NCBI RefSeq assembly: GCF_006345805.1
Contig: NC_043000.1
Span: forward strand, 129,456,001-129,520,000
Reading direction: 5' to 3'
Origin: Octopus sinensis
Taxonomy: Eukaryota
Length of the DNA stretch: 64,000 nucleotides
This document shows positions 27,917 to 42,553 of this stretch, in pieces. Under the pieces are notes generated by a model. It saw only the letters and a program-made list of their open reading frames with translations. It was not told the origin of the DNA and ran no database searches. The translations under genes and the position numbers were made by a program. Numbering within the stretch: the first letter of the stretch is position 1; each line of letters starts with the position of its first letter.

Positions 27917-29915
27917 TATTATACTGTAAATATTAATGCCGTACTAACAATTATCAAAAATAGCTGACCAAGAACAGCGTTCTCTTGGTAGTTATAATGT
28001 TTCATAAATCAACACAGCCGTCTACGCATGGATTTACATTTAATTAGTATATCAGATAACACTCCTCTCGTATATTTCACAGTAGGATTCGTAGTTCTCA
28101 ATTAACTACTAATAAAAAGCAGAGCAAACAAAGAGTAACAACCGCAAACCAACCTTACAGGCAGCTAAAGCTATATATCTAGATTATTTAGTAATATATT
28201 AACCGAGATAATGAAAAAATGCACACACACACACATAGTACTTACATACATACATTATCTTCCTATGAGGCATGATATCATGGCAAAAGCATTATACACT
28301 ACAAAGCAATCTATAGAATGAATAACTCTGAGGTTAAAAATAAAATCTTACTGTGATGTGGAGGGCATAATTACGCATGATATTGAAGAATACTGGTAGA
28401 ATGTTCCTCTTAAGACCCAAGCAAAATGTATCGTGGGTCTGACATAGTGTGGGACAGGAGAGAAATTGTGCTCAGTTGTGGAGATCAGCTGCTCAGCAGA
28501 TGTTAACATAATGTTAAAGATAGAAGAGAAAGGCAAACATCTATGATGAACTGAGAAATCTGCAGTTACTACACTTGAACTGTAACTTTAGATTTATACC
28601 TGTAATTATTGGGGAACTTACACATGGAACTGTCTCAGCAATAATCAGGAGAATCTGGGCTTTACAAAACCAGAAAAAAAAAACGCGTTTATTTTAAAAA
28701 AGAAATTATAATCAAAAGCCATTCATGGAGCTATGAAACTACGTAAAGTGTTCTAGAAATTTTAGCTCGTAATAAATATATATACATACGTGAAGACTTG
28801 TAAGTAAAAAAACACAAGATCTACACATGCAATAACTTGCTTATCGTTATCCATTGAATTCAATGACGGCCATTTTTTTTTATCAATCTTCAATTGTAGA
28901 TCTCTTTGATGACTATAATTCTTAAAGAGTAATGGCGACAAATGCAGCCTCGTGATTGACCAGAGAATCTTAAAAGCCATATAAGTCATTGTATACATGT
29001 GCATGTGTGCATGCATTTCATTGTAGCTAGGATGTAGCCTATGCTACACCTTCTGCGCGCCCTCTTTAGCGAGGAAGCGACAGAAAGTGACTATTATTAT
29101 TGTTGCAGGCATAAAGGGTATCCCGATTATCGCGACGAATATGACCATCATTGTGATGAAAGATCTATTATTCACACTGCAGAAGACACCTTTGCAACGA
29201 AGTGTTATACTGACGTTTTGCTGTGAAAGAGAGAGATCCAATGACCAGGGTTAGCCAAGACAATTGGTTCTTCCTCCCAGCTTCCAAGATCAATGTTAAT
29301 TTCATCCCCCCATCTACAAATGAAATGCATACTTTCATACACACATATCTGTACTGTTACACACACATACATACATGCATACATACATACATACATATAT
29401 ACATACATACATACATACATACATACATACATACAAACATGCATACATACATGCATACATACATATGTTTAGATATGTAAATATATGCATGAGAATACAT
29501 ACATAAAACATACAAATCTGCACATACATACATACATACATACATACATACATACATACATACATACATACATACATAAATACATACATACAAGCAAAAA
29601 TACCCTGTTTTTAATGTTGAATTTCCAATGAAGGAACCTTGGACCTAGGTTAGAAACCGGTTCTTTCTCTATTGGGAAGAAATCTTGAAATAAACTGAAT
29701 AATGACATACATACATACATACATATAGACTCGAAAGCAACATCAAAATATGTGGTGATATATATTTCTCTTTCTTTCAGTCTACACCGCTTCCCTCTGT
29801 CGGCCTTTTTCCTTTTTAATATCACACACACACCACTTCTTAACATCGCTCAGTCTATCGGCATTCATGCCTGTCTGTCTGCCTCTCGCTCCCTTTCTCT
29901 CTATGTATGACTTCG

Positions 29916-30123
<208 letters not shown>

Positions 30124-30926
30124 ACTCCTATTCTCATTTCTGTTACCCTGTCGTTATCTCCCTCCCTCCCTCCCACTCTTTATATCTAACTATTTCTTTC
30201 ACTATCACTCTTTCGCTTTCTCTAATGCTATGTCTCTATTTCTTTCTATCACTACTCCCCCCACCCTCTCCCTCTCTATGTATATGTACCCAATAATACA
30301 CACACATCAATACAAAACTCTCCGCGTCACACCTCACATATACACATTCCATGCTCTCAATTTTCCCATTTCTCTTTGCGTTTCTCATTCCGTGAGAAAA
30401 TCTCTTTTCAAGTCAACCGTATTATTTTGCTGCTGTCATCACAAACTAATTAATTTCTTCATAACAGCTCATCGACAAAATCTCTAAAATGCCAATATTT
30501 CCTACTCACCATGAAATGAAACCAATGATGGAACACGTATATAGCCGCTAGATCTGCTAGAGACAGCAGCCAAAATTCATCAACATTTTACACCCTACAG
30601 TTTTGAAAAAGAAAAAGCAGATCAGACTGAATAACGTAGTCCAAGATACACAATGCCTGAAAAAATAACTGGACGCGTTGTTGGAATATTTCTGATTAAA
30701 TTTGCTTGGTCGGAGCAATTTCAGATTGCTCTCATTTCAAGTTATTTCCCGATAGCTTCAAATTGATTTAAGATTATCTCCTTAAAACATATATTTATTT
30801 ATCGCATTTTAACCCTGCAGCAGCAGCGGTAGTGGTAGTAGTAGTAGTAGTAGCTGCAGTAGTAGTAATAGTAGGAGTAGTAGCCGCAGTTCATAATTGT
30901 GTTGCTGAAAATGGTGGTGGTGGTGG

Positions 30927-31174
30927 TGCGCCCTTTTAAAGCCTAGCCAGGCTCATGGGCCCGATTTCCCGGTTTCTATGGCGTATGTGTTCCCCAGTTG
31001 GACGGAACGCCAGTCCATCGCAGCGTTACTCATTTTTGCCAGCTGAGTGGACTGGAGCAACGTGAAATGAAGTGTTTTGCTCAAGAACACAACGCGTCGC
31101 CCGGTCCAGGAATCGAAACCACAATCTTACGATCATGGTGCTGACACCCTAACCACTAAGCCACGCGCCTCCAC
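30927..31174 (-). mobile_element. SINE family D
   Basis: gtggaggcgcgtggcttagtggttagggtg...ggtttcgattcctgg head on the minus strand; sits within (TGG)n/(TAG)n. Confidence 0.9.
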
Positions 31175-31693
31175 GGTGGTAGTAGCATTTATTAAATGTG
31201 ATGAGGATGACTGGAGTAATAGTAGTAGTTGTAGTAGGTGAGAAAATGAATATGAAGCCAGGTTCAGGCTGTCTCCGTGTGGTGATGGGGTGCAGTGTGT
31301 AATATGAACTTAATTTCCGACTAACATGAGGGACCTTGAAATGAAAGCCGTTTTGTAGTCTTTACATCAGAACTAAAGAACAACTCTCATCACAAGAAAC
31401 ACAGTGATGTCTATATTCGGTCCTCAATCAACCAATTGCGCTCACCATTACTCTTCACTTTTTGATCTTCGAGCAAATAAAGGGATACATTTTAGCAGGA
31501 ACCCCACCCCAGAAATGTTGAATAATGTGATCGTGAGTTCCCTGGACAGAGAAAAATACGGGTGGTCACGAATGAAGTACTTTAGATACAGGTTCTTGTA
31601 GGACACAACAACAACAACAACGACGCCTGCTCTTTGGTTTCGTCTAACTTTCTGTTCAATTTTATTTTGGTAAATGCTATGTGCAGCATATAT

Positions 31694-32041
31694 GAAGGCG
31701 CGTGGCTCTGGTTAGAGCGTCGGGCTCACAATCATGAGGTAGTGAGATCGATTCCTGGACTGGGCTGTGTATTGAGTTCTTGAGCAAGAGACTTTGTTTT
31801 CACGTTACTCTAGTTCACTCAGCTGTAGAAATAATTCACTATCCCACTGGTGCAGAGCTGTATCGGCCTTTTCCTTACCCTTGGATAACATCAGTGGTGT
31901 AGAGAGAGGAGGTTGATATGCATGGGCGACTGCTGGTCTTCCATGAACAACCCTGCTCGGATTTGTGCCTCGGAGGGGAACTTTCTAGGTGCAATCTCAT
32001 AGTCATTCACGACCAAAGGGGGGTCTTTACCCTTTACCCTT
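31694..32041 (+). mobile_element. SINE family E
   Basis: gaaggcgcgtggc...gatcgattcctgg head; tail homologous to 4326-4658. Confidence 0.85.
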
Positions 32042-32172
32042 AATGCACAGAGTAATTGTAGACATGGGCCAGTAGTTAACATTATGTTTGTGATAACGCT
32101 TGCACAAAATGTAACCACGTGAATCGCCGGCGATTTTCTTCCTCCGTCTTCCTTTCTATTGGACTTTCCTCT

Positions 32173-32207
32173 GTTTCTGAAGAAGAGCGTTGCTCGAAAC
32201 GTTAAAC
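32173..32207 (+). ncRNA. Hammerhead-like motif of PLE type, probably decayed
   Basis: gttt-CTGAAGA-a-gagc-gtt-gctc-GAAA-cg-TT-aaac: core and helix II intact, 4-bp helix I, palindromic ACGT. Confidence 0.45.
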
Positions 32208-32549
32208 CATCTTTCTTTCCTTCCTTGAGTGTCTGCTAATACTTTACATGAACCACGTCCTCACGTTGTTGTGTTTTTTTGTGTTTGTTCTTCTTTTTTG
32301 GGATTCACTATACATACACACACATATATATACATAAACACACACACACATATATATATACATACAAACACGAGGAATTTTTCTGCGGTATGGTTAGCGC
32401 TATCTTAAAATTGTTCTTCTCTCTCTCTCTCTATATATATATATACACACCCATGTAGGTGCACACATACGTATTTGTTTCTGTCTGTCTATCTATCTGT
32501 CTGTCTATATGTGTGTGTAAATATATACGTATTTTTCTGCGTGTATAAA

Positions 32550-32616
<67 letters not shown>

Positions 32617-32705
32617 ATATATATATATATATACCTACCAACCTCGCTACCTATTTACATTCAGGCATAAATGCATACAAAGCATTCGAACAACGCGCGC
32701 GCGCG

Positions 32706-32744
<39 letters not shown>

Positions 32745-32935
32745 ACACTCACTCATCTGCTATTAAAGCTACTTTCACACACAATTAGAATCTCGTTCAA
32801 CCAACACCAACACCGCTACTCATTCGCTTCCCAATAATCAAGAGATTTTGGAAAACCCATTGCACGAATTAAACTGCTCCAACACACCACTTTTTTGCCA
32901 TTATCCTCATGATCACCAGCGCCACCATATTCAGT

Positions 32936-33220
32936 GACAGTTGATCATGGACATCATCATGATCATGGTCATCATCGTCATCATCATTACCATCATCATC
33001 ATAAGCATCGTTCTCATCATCTTTGTCATCATCTTCATCATTATCGTGTCACATTCATTTTGTGTCGACGTCATCCTCGTCTCCTTTCTTATTGTCGCTG
33101 TATCAACGCCTTCCAATCACTCTCTTTCCAATCACTTGGTAACCTCGCAACCAACCAACCAGCCAGCCAGCCAGCCAGCCAGATAACCAGCCCACCAGCC
33201 AACCAACCAGCCAACCAACT

Positions 33221-33259
<39 letters not shown>

Positions 33260-33322
33260 AGCCAGCCAGCCAGCCAACAAGCTCAGCCAGCCAGCCAGCC
33301 AACAAGCCCACCAGCCAACCAA

Positions 33323-33361
<39 letters not shown>

Positions 33362-33531
33362 ACCAGCCAACCAGCCAGTCAGCCAGCCAGCCAGTCAGCC
33401 AGCCAGCCAGTCCAACCAACCAATACATATACCGCCACACTACTGTCATCATTATCACCACCAGCACCAGCACCACCGCCGCCGCCGCCGCCGCCACGAC
33501 CACGACCACGACGACGACGACGACGACGACC

Positions 33532-33563
<32 letters not shown>

Positions 33564-34600
33564 CAACGCTAATCAACGATCTTCACTAATCACCGAACCA
33601 ACCAGCAAAAGCCAATGTTTCATCACTTATCCCACCCCTAATACTGTTACAATTCCTACCCGTTTCACTCACCCGTATCTTTTAGTTTTTACCTTATGTA
33701 GCCACCGATCTATCTTGGCTAAAACCAAACAATCGGCAGTGATACCGCAGTCACCATTGTCAATGCCACCACCACCATCACCACCACTACCAGCAACAAA
33801 TTGGTTTCGCGATTTTTACCGTTGTCATGGCGACCAAGACTACCCTACCACCACCACCACCACCACCACCATCAGTACTATCGACAATAATGTAACTACG
33901 ATCATAACTCCCACCACTACCATTACTAGCAAAACCACCACTATTACCTCCACCCCAATAAGCACCACTTCCGCCGCCCTCTCTGACAATATGTTCTAAG
34001 TCAATTTCCACCATTATTATCCCCACTTCCACCATTAAGACCACCAGCGCCAGCAGTTCCTCCACCACTACCTCCGGCACTACCACTGCCATCGTCATCA
34101 CTAATTGCACTGTCATCACCTTAACCACCACTAATAGCTACTATCATCAGTTCCACCATCATATCATCACCACCGCAGCTCCTTCGTTATCGTCAACACC
34201 GCCACCACCACTGATTATAATCGATTACCTCTTCGCCGTGTGGAATGATATCCACCCGACGAACCAATCTAACCAATCACCAACGTCATCGCTATTATTC
34301 TTGTCACACCCATCATTATCATCATCATTATCATCATCATCATCATCTTCATCATCATGATCATCATCTTCGCCTACGATCGTTACCTTCCCCTCTTACA
34401 TCCAGCCCACATCGTTTACGTAATGACCTAACCACAATTATGCAGTGAGCCAGCCAACCAGCCAACCTACCAAACAGTTACCATCCGTCCAGCCACCCAG
34501 CCTGCATCTACCAACAGCTACCCAGCCAACCAACAAACCAACCAGCCAACCAACAAACCAACCAACCAATCAGCCAACCAGACAGGCAACCAGCCAGTAC
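32936..34600. repeat. Compound (CAT)n/(CCAG)n/(CAC)n/(GCC)n/(GAC)n/(AAC)n low-complexity tract
   Basis: Direct observation; C/A-rich on the + strand. Confidence 0.9.
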
Positions 34601-35439
34601 CATCGTCTAGTTAAGAGAGACTTTGACCTAGAAGTCCTTACCTGTATTGATCAGGCATTTCAAAACGTTTCAAAACGTTTCAACAACACTCCTCCTCCTC
34701 CTCCCCTCCCCCTCCTCCTCCTCCTCCTCCTCCATATACTGTTATCCTCCCTCCGTCTACACTTACCACACAACCATCAATGGATCTTGCACGTTTTTCT
34801 TTGTTTATATTTTCTGTCTTTATCGTCTGCCAACGCCTCTCTCTCTCTCTCTGTCTCGATCTTTCCCTCCTTCCATCTGTCTCACTTCTCTCTCTCTCTC
34901 TCTCTGTCTCTTCCTCGCTCCACCTTTCCAGCTCTCTTTCTCTATCGCTCTCTATATCTCTCTATTACTATCTACCTACCTATCTATCGTTACCTCTCTC
35001 CACTCCTCACAATTATTTACACACACCTTTTACTATCCTCTACCAACCACCAATAACCAATCGCCTTCCACCTTTCAGTCTCAACCAACACTCGCAACAA
35101 CCCCATCACCAACAACAACAACACTTATCCTTCCCCTACCTATTATTTTGCTTTCCGACCTCTTTATTATCTCTCTTTCAAGAAATGAGTTTTTTTTCAA
35201 AGTTTTCGTTTAATGATTTTCTCCATCAATGTATTTCTTGAATTTTTATTACTTATTTCAGTGATTATACTGAAGAATTTTTGACGAACAAATCAACCAA
35301 AGACTTGTTTGTCTTTTGTTCTTTACAATCGGAATTCTCTTTTGCCGAACCGCTACGTAAACAAACTACCTAAACCGCTACGTAAATAAAAGGGATGTAA
35401 ACTAAACACATACACATACATATGTAATACTGGTTTCCA

Positions 35440-35810
35440 CTCAGTTTACGTTTACCTGATGCACTGACAAGGCATAAATCGGTCTGGGGCTGTAATAGAA
35501 ATCACTTGCCCAAAGCGTGGGACCGAACTCAAAACCACGTGGTTGCAAAGTGAACTTCTTTACTACACAGCCATGCCTGTACACAAGCACACACACGCAC
35601 GCACACACACACACACACGCGCGCACACACACTCACAAATACAGATTTGCACATGTGTACGACGGGTTTCTTTCAGTTTCTATTTACCTAATCCACTCAC
35701 AAAGCTTTGGTTGACCTGGGGCTATAGTTGAAGAGACTTGCCCAAGATGCCACGCAATGGGACTGAACCCAGAACTATGTGGTTGGTAAGCAAACTTCTT
35801 ACTATACAAC
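35440..35810 (-). mobile_element. Two family A head fragments
   Basis: cacttgcccaa...ggaccgaactc (35500-35580) and gacttgcccaagatgccacgcaatgggactgaaccc (35735-35810). Confidence 0.7.
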
Positions 35811-38667
35811 TACACACACGCTTCTTAGAGTAGCAGAGTTTTCCTCTGATAGTTGTAGTGTCTAGTGACATAATTTCGCGTCCTGTGTTCTGGACGTGAA
35901 ATGACGAAACTAGAAACTGCAAGTGTTATCTTTACGTTTTGTTTTTGTGGGGCTTATGAAATAAGCCAGCGGTCGATAGAATAGACAGTTGTCTCCCTTT
36001 CGAGTGAGACTACTGTCTTTGAGGTTTTGTGTCTCTTGTATATAGAGAGATGATTGAATCGACTGTACTTCTAAACTTGTGACCTTGTGCCCTAATATGA
36101 AAATCAATAATGGAAGGGATGAAACATTTAAAGAGAAGAAAGGAAAGGAACCAATGCATCATTAGAACGAACAAAATACAAGAAAAAAATAATTAAATTG
36201 TTTCAAAGTGGTAAAAAAACCCCCGGCAAAAACAACAAAAGCTCTCACCTAACACCGACAAAGAGTAAACAGAAATTAAATACCAAAGAAAAAATATAAT
36301 TGCACTAAATAAACAAATAAATAATATAAATAAGAATTAAGTTGAATGAAGTATTTGTATAATTAGGAAAAAAATTAAATAACATCTCGGAAATATGATG
36401 AAAAAATAATTTAAAAGATTTTGAAGAGGAAAAAAATAATGATTTCATTTATTGGCAGAAGACCAAGGCATTTACTAGGCATGCGGTATAGTTGTATTGA
36501 AACGGACCTCAGTGGATATCTGGTCGAAATAAAAAAGAAAAAGAAAAGGTTTTCCGTCAGTTTCGACGATCAGAAATCAGTCATTCTTTTATTATTTTAC
36601 TTGTTTCAGTCATTTTGACTGCGGCCAAGCTGGAGTACCGCCTTAAGTGAGAGCAGCGCCAACTGAATTACCTGTTCAATGAACTAGCGTGTTAGTGGCT
36701 GAATACTCCATAGACACGTGTATCAATCAACGTAATTCTTCGGCAGAATCAGTATAACACAGTGTATGTGTGTGAGAAAGTTCTCTCTTTGAATTCCAAG
36801 CGCAATCTAATCAACGGGTTTCCGTCTACTTAATTTCATTGAAAGCACTGAACCGAAGCGAGACTAAAAGCCACTTGTCCAAGATGCTACGCAGTGAGAA
36901 CGAATTCGGGCTGGGACCTTATGATTGCGAAGTGAACTTTTTAACTATAACAGCCATTCTATTTCTACAGATTTCTGGTAATAGTACACGCTAGTGATAG
37001 ATTATACGTCCACTGGATTTGTACCAGCCTCAATACGTTACTCATATTTATGTTACCAATTTCGAAGGATAAACAAAGTGGGTCTCTGAGAGAGATCTGA
37101 ATTCCGACTTTAGAGGGACGGAATTAAATACTGAAATATCCTATATAATGTGTGAATATGTGAGAACATTATTTCCCTCTGAAGTGTGTGCTTGGTTAGG
37201 AGAAACTGTAGAGTATCTGACTAAATTATATAGAAGGATACAGCTGATTCCGCCAATTCCCAATCTTTGTCTGCATAATTCTGGTAAAAAGAAAAAATGC
37301 CTCAGAATCTGAGAAAGTTGGGTAGCGGTATGCGTCGGTAAACATTACACAATGAAGCTCATGATTAAATAACTTTGTATGATGAAGGCATGAGATGAAT
37401 CTGCAATTTCGGGACTGATACTTCATGTAGGAGAGAAATAAATTTTCAATCGAAATTTTTTCAGCATATTACTTATGGGAACTTATTTCATCAACCTTGG
37501 AAGGATGAAAAGGCGAATTGAACCTCGGCAGGATTTGCACCTCTCTAATAAGGGACATAATTTACTGTAAGGCAAGCAAGTATAATCCACCACTTCACAG
37601 ATCACTGTCAACTCAATGATCTTATATGTTAAAGCAATAAACGTTGAGACGTAGATAAAAATAACATTTTCTTCCATTGTTACAAGCAGCATTTTCTCAA
37701 TTTCCGCTATAATTTACTTATCAAGACACACTCCTGTTGCTATTATTTTAAATTCATTTAACAATATTTTATACGTTACTGCCAAAAAGAATATGCCGAA
37801 GTAACGTATGACACCATGCTAATAACACGCTCTCGGATAGGCCCACACCAACGTAATGAAAAATACAACGTGCAACGAATGACCCACCATCATAGAAAAG
37901 AAGAAAAAAATCATATCCACAACACATATAAATACCCCAAGATTCTTCATTGTTGTCTCCATCACTACAAATAACACGAAAAATTGTTTAAATTCCACTC
38001 TTTAAATTTCGGACTTTCGACCAAGAATGAAACTAGTAGTAGTTACATACCTCTCTCTCTTGCTCGCTCTCCACCCACCCCATATATATATATATATATA
38101 TTAATGTGAGTTTAGAGGGATATATTAGCCGGCGGACACCGTGGTAGCTCCCAGTTATGTTCCAGGATACGGTTAACCGCTTCGATTAATATTTACCGTT
38201 TATGACTACTAGGTGTATATAAGCAAATCTAGGGCAACAAAAATCAGTAGAATGAACACAGTGAATATATTAGATTGATACTCAGTGAAAGTTTTAGATG
38301 GGAAAATAGGAGTAGAAATGACACTACAAGCATGGTACTTCGTCGGATAGACATAAACGTCCAGAGAAGAGGAAAAGGAAGAGATAGTCCAGAGAAAAGC
38401 AAGTGTGTTGTTACATGGCCAATGTGTATGTATGTATTTATTTTCGTGTGTCCCTGTATGTGTATGTGTTGTTGTAAAACACAGCGTATGAGATCAGCAA
38501 ATAGGTATTTTACAAATCCTGACAAAAACGGAAAGCAAGGTGATTTCGCTAAATGTAGAGTGTTTCTAAGTTCGGAACTACAATTTATACAACGTCCACA
38601 TTCAAGAGGAACTGTTACCAACAAAAAAACCAAAAAAACAGAGGCTCTCCTACAAGGTCACTAGAAC

Positions 38668-39028
38668 TGCTCTTTTACTTTTTCAGTCATTTGACTGTGA
38701 CCATGCTCGAGCACCGCCTTTAGTTGAGCAAATCTACCCCAGGACTTATTCTTTGTAAGTTTCTCTTTGCCGAACCGCTAAGTTACGGGGACGTAAACAC
38801 ACCAGCATCGGTTGTCAAGTGATGTTGGGAGGACAAACAGATACACAAACATATACACACACATACATATATATGTATATATATACGACGGGCTTCTTTC
38901 AGTTTCCGTCTACCAAATCCACTCAAAAGGCCTTGGTCGGCACTTGCCCAAGGTGCCACGCAGTGGGACTGAACCCGGGACCATGTGGTTGGTAAGCAAG
39001 CTACTTACCACACAGCCCCTCCTACGCC
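38668..39028 (-). mobile_element. SINE family A, near full length with small deletions
   Basis: Aligns to 1570-1977. Confidence 0.88.
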
Positions 39029-39534
39029 TAGTAATAAAAGTTAAATTTCTCTTAAATCATACCGATAGTCTTCAAGAAAGGAAGGTTACATTGGATAATA
39101 TACTTCGTGGTATACGAAAAGACGAGATATTCCCAAAATGACATTTTTTCTCATAGGTGGTGTCGAATCGACCTCGTTTAAGCAACGACAAGGGAAATGA
39201 AAAGCGGCAAGATCTAAAGTAAATTACAAAAACAACTACAAATAATGATGCAATGTGCAAATGCTCTGTACATATCCAACTCTAGCACCACCTCTGTTAC
39301 CAACCACAAACACCAACACTATCTCTATCACTAATATTATCATCACTATCAGTAAATGTAATAGCTAAAACAACAATAATGTTGCTATAAACGTCAGCAA
39401 TAATTGTGGTGACATCAATAACTGTGTGTTATGGAATGAAACAGCACCTGCGTTTCATACAATGCTTTTCTATCTCTCTGATAGGTCTTAAGACGAAACA
39501 CAACTGAAAATCTTTAAGCAAGAACAGCAACAGC

Positions 39535-39576
39535 TACGATGCACATGACAACGATGACGACAACCACCACCACCAT

Positions 39577-39609
<33 letters not shown>

Positions 39610-39835
39610 TAGCAGCACCATCATCGCCATCACCACAGCAACAACAGCAAGAAGCATAATACTCACGGCGATGACGACGACGACGAACACCACCACCACC
39701 ACCACCACCACCACCATCCACTACTACTACAACCACAACAGCGAAAATACCCACAACGACGATCCCCATCTCCACCATGACCTCAACGACAACAGCTACA
39801 ACATAGACAACAACAACAACAACAACAACAAAACC
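39535..39835. repeat. (CAN)n trinucleotide compound microsatellite
   Basis: Direct observation. Confidence 0.9.
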
Positions 39836-40201
39836 AGTAGCAGAAGCAGTAAAGATTAAATGTGAATAAAATAATTATAGAATTATAAATCTGAGAAGCT
39901 TTGTTTCCGTTTGTAAAGGATGATTCTTTGTTGGGTGCTCTTCGAGTTCTCCCTTATATTTCTTACGTTTTATAATTTCACTTTTATTTTTCATACAATT
40001 TTCTCTACTAGATTTGCCACGTCTTTTATATTTACATTTGCCTTTATATGTTCACATTTAGCCTCTTCTCAGTAGTTTATTCATTCCTTGCCGACCCAGG
40101 AATGTATTTCACAAAACAGCTGCTGCACGGCAGCCATTTTATAGAGTTATATTTATATGTTAGTATCGGACATCCTTCTTTTCATACCCAACTCACTCAC
40201 T

Positions 40202-40299
<98 letters not shown>

Positions 40300-40345
40300 G
40301 CCTGCCTGCCTGCCTGCCTGCCTGTGTGTCTGTATATCTATCTAC

Positions 40346-40381
<36 letters not shown>

Positions 40382-40430
40382 ATCTTTCTTTCTCTCTCAC
40401 TCTCTCTCTCTCTATCTATCTATTGTAGGA

Positions 40431-40655
40431 GTGGAGGTGTGTCTGGATTAGGGGTTAGGGTGTTACACTCATGATCGTAAGATTGTGGTTTCGATTCCTA
40501 GACCGGGCGATACGTGGTGTTCCTGATCAAAAGACTTCATTTTATGTTGCTCCAGTTTACTCAGCTGGCAAAAATAAATAATCCTGCGACGGGCCGGCGT
40601 CGTCTCTGGTGGCAGGAGAAACCGGCCTTATGGGCCTATGGATAGGGAAGGACCT
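40431..40655 (+). mobile_element. SINE family D, diverged
   Basis: gtggaggtgtgtctggattaggggttagggtg...gtggtttcgattcctagaccgggcga...gttgctccagtttactcagctggc. Confidence 0.78.
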
Positions 40656-40899
40656 TTGATCCTTCTTTTTACCATCCATCGTAGGACTATATATTGTCAT
40701 GAACGAACATATGGCCAAGGAAGCACCGAAAGCTTTGTTGTTGAAAACCTGCCTTTATATTCACATGATTTTTGCGTTCGACCTAAACCTTGTGAGTGAA
40801 ACTGGGCTGATGGAAACTGTACGGAAGTCCATTAGACCACCCCTGGCTTTATTTGGGAGAATTAGTCTATAGCCCGGTTTAGGAGAATTAGTCTTTTGC

Positions 40900-42553
40900 C
40901 CTGTACATTTTTTTTATTGATTCCCAGTTTAAAGAAATCCGATCTTACCTAGGATTCAATTAAACGAAACTATAACTTCGTTATCAATGGGATATCGGGT
41001 AAGCATACTTGAAATATGTCACGGACATATGACATTACACTTATCACATGACCCATAGGTAATCTATTATAAGTATTCAGACCAGGTTTCCGGCCCCAGA
41101 TTTCAATATTTCTTATAGCACTGCATAAATTATCCTTTCCTCGCCACCCCCACTCACCCAATTTAAAGATCTACAGAAATATATTAACTCACAATTACAA
41201 GTCAACGCAGAAACTTTGAATTTAACAATACTGTTACAGTTTACAATGGTAAATCGTTGTTTAACACTAGATCTACTCTGGTCCAGTAGACATGTGATTA
41301 ACGCCGGTATTCCAGTTGACTATTTTGTCTTATTTTCAAACAGTTTAATTTATGGCGTTATTCACTGTTCTGTTTTTACTTTTTTGTCTCTAAACCGATA
41401 TTTATTCACAGCTTTGTCGACTAGACCACTCCTGACACATATCTAAATATGCAAGTCCAGTGAACTTTAATCTAAAGTATCCTACGTTCTTTCTTTGCAT
41501 AATAGGTGAACCAAGAATCATTCTATCTATTAAAAATATCTGTTAAATCTTCCTCAAATCACACACCATTGTCTTAAAAACGGAGGGGACATATTAGATA
41601 ATTTTAGTCCTTAATACTCCTAAAATGATAGGAGACATAAAGTTGTAAAGCCTTTGAACAGACAACCACACAGCTGATATTATAAAATCAAACGTCATTT
41701 AACGGACATTAATATCACCCTTCTTATCTTTTTGTTAGGAGAGAAAGCAGTGCTCAAGACACATTATAGGGTTTTCAAGAACGGTAGGAGGGAGCGACAA
41801 AGATATCCGCAAACCTGAGATATGACCCGAAAGCTTGTAAAAAAAAGGGACTCCACTAAAGATACCCAATGTGCCAGAGGTTCGCGGTGGCAAACCGAGT
41901 GATGGAGGATTAAGTCTACCGCACAAAAAGGGCTAAAACAGTATTTTAACAAAGATCTTCTTTGAATTCTCTGCGGAACAAATTCCGCAAGGCATCTGGT
42001 CCGGCGTTCTTACAGCTGGACCAATCCACTGTTCTGGATGGAAACTCTTTTTATCGATCACGAAGGGATGGAATGCAAAGTTAATCTCAGAATTACTGAC
42101 TTGAACTAACCTAAACACCAATTAATGGATAGTTTTGATAAGAAACGTCCAACAACTGATACCTTATGTGAGACTGATAGAATACAAAAATAAAAAGGTC
42201 AGGCTAGCGTAAATATATGAAGATTTGATCCAGTAGAAAGTTATATATTCTATTGCACAATCAATTGTTTCCTTGTCTACTCTGTGACATATCTCGAAAA
42301 TATATTCATGCACCATAGAAACATCTCTTTTAAAAAGAAACATTATTTCTGCAACAATAATCTCACAAACGGCTGGCGATTTAGTAGAGAATCAAAATGT
42401 CCGAGGTCCTGTACATTTTTTTTATTGATTCCCAGTTTAAAGAAATCCGATCTTACCTAGGATTCAATTAAACGAAACTATAATTTCGTTATTAATGGGA
42501 TATCGGGTAAGCATACTTGAAATATGTCACGGACATATGACATTACACTTATC
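40900..42553. repeat. 146-bp direct repeats (40900-41045, 42408-42553) 1362 bp apart
   Basis: Copies differ at only two C/T positions. Confidence 0.93.

Noticed and set aside
32934-33576. His-rich, PASQ-repeat and poly-Q/T ORFs (also 39488-39859)
   Set aside because: Pure simple-repeat translations, open on both strands, with no splice or domain evidence
38275-38664. 129-aa ORF with a BED-finger-like stretch (RSANRYFTNPDKNGK...AKCRVF)
   Set aside because: Lacks the full Cys/His set and includes a TG-repeat segment
40960-41000. TTGATAA plus hairpin on the minus strand of the 146-bp repeat as another U3:A8 hammerhead
   Set aside because: No GAAA after the stem and no helix I or III
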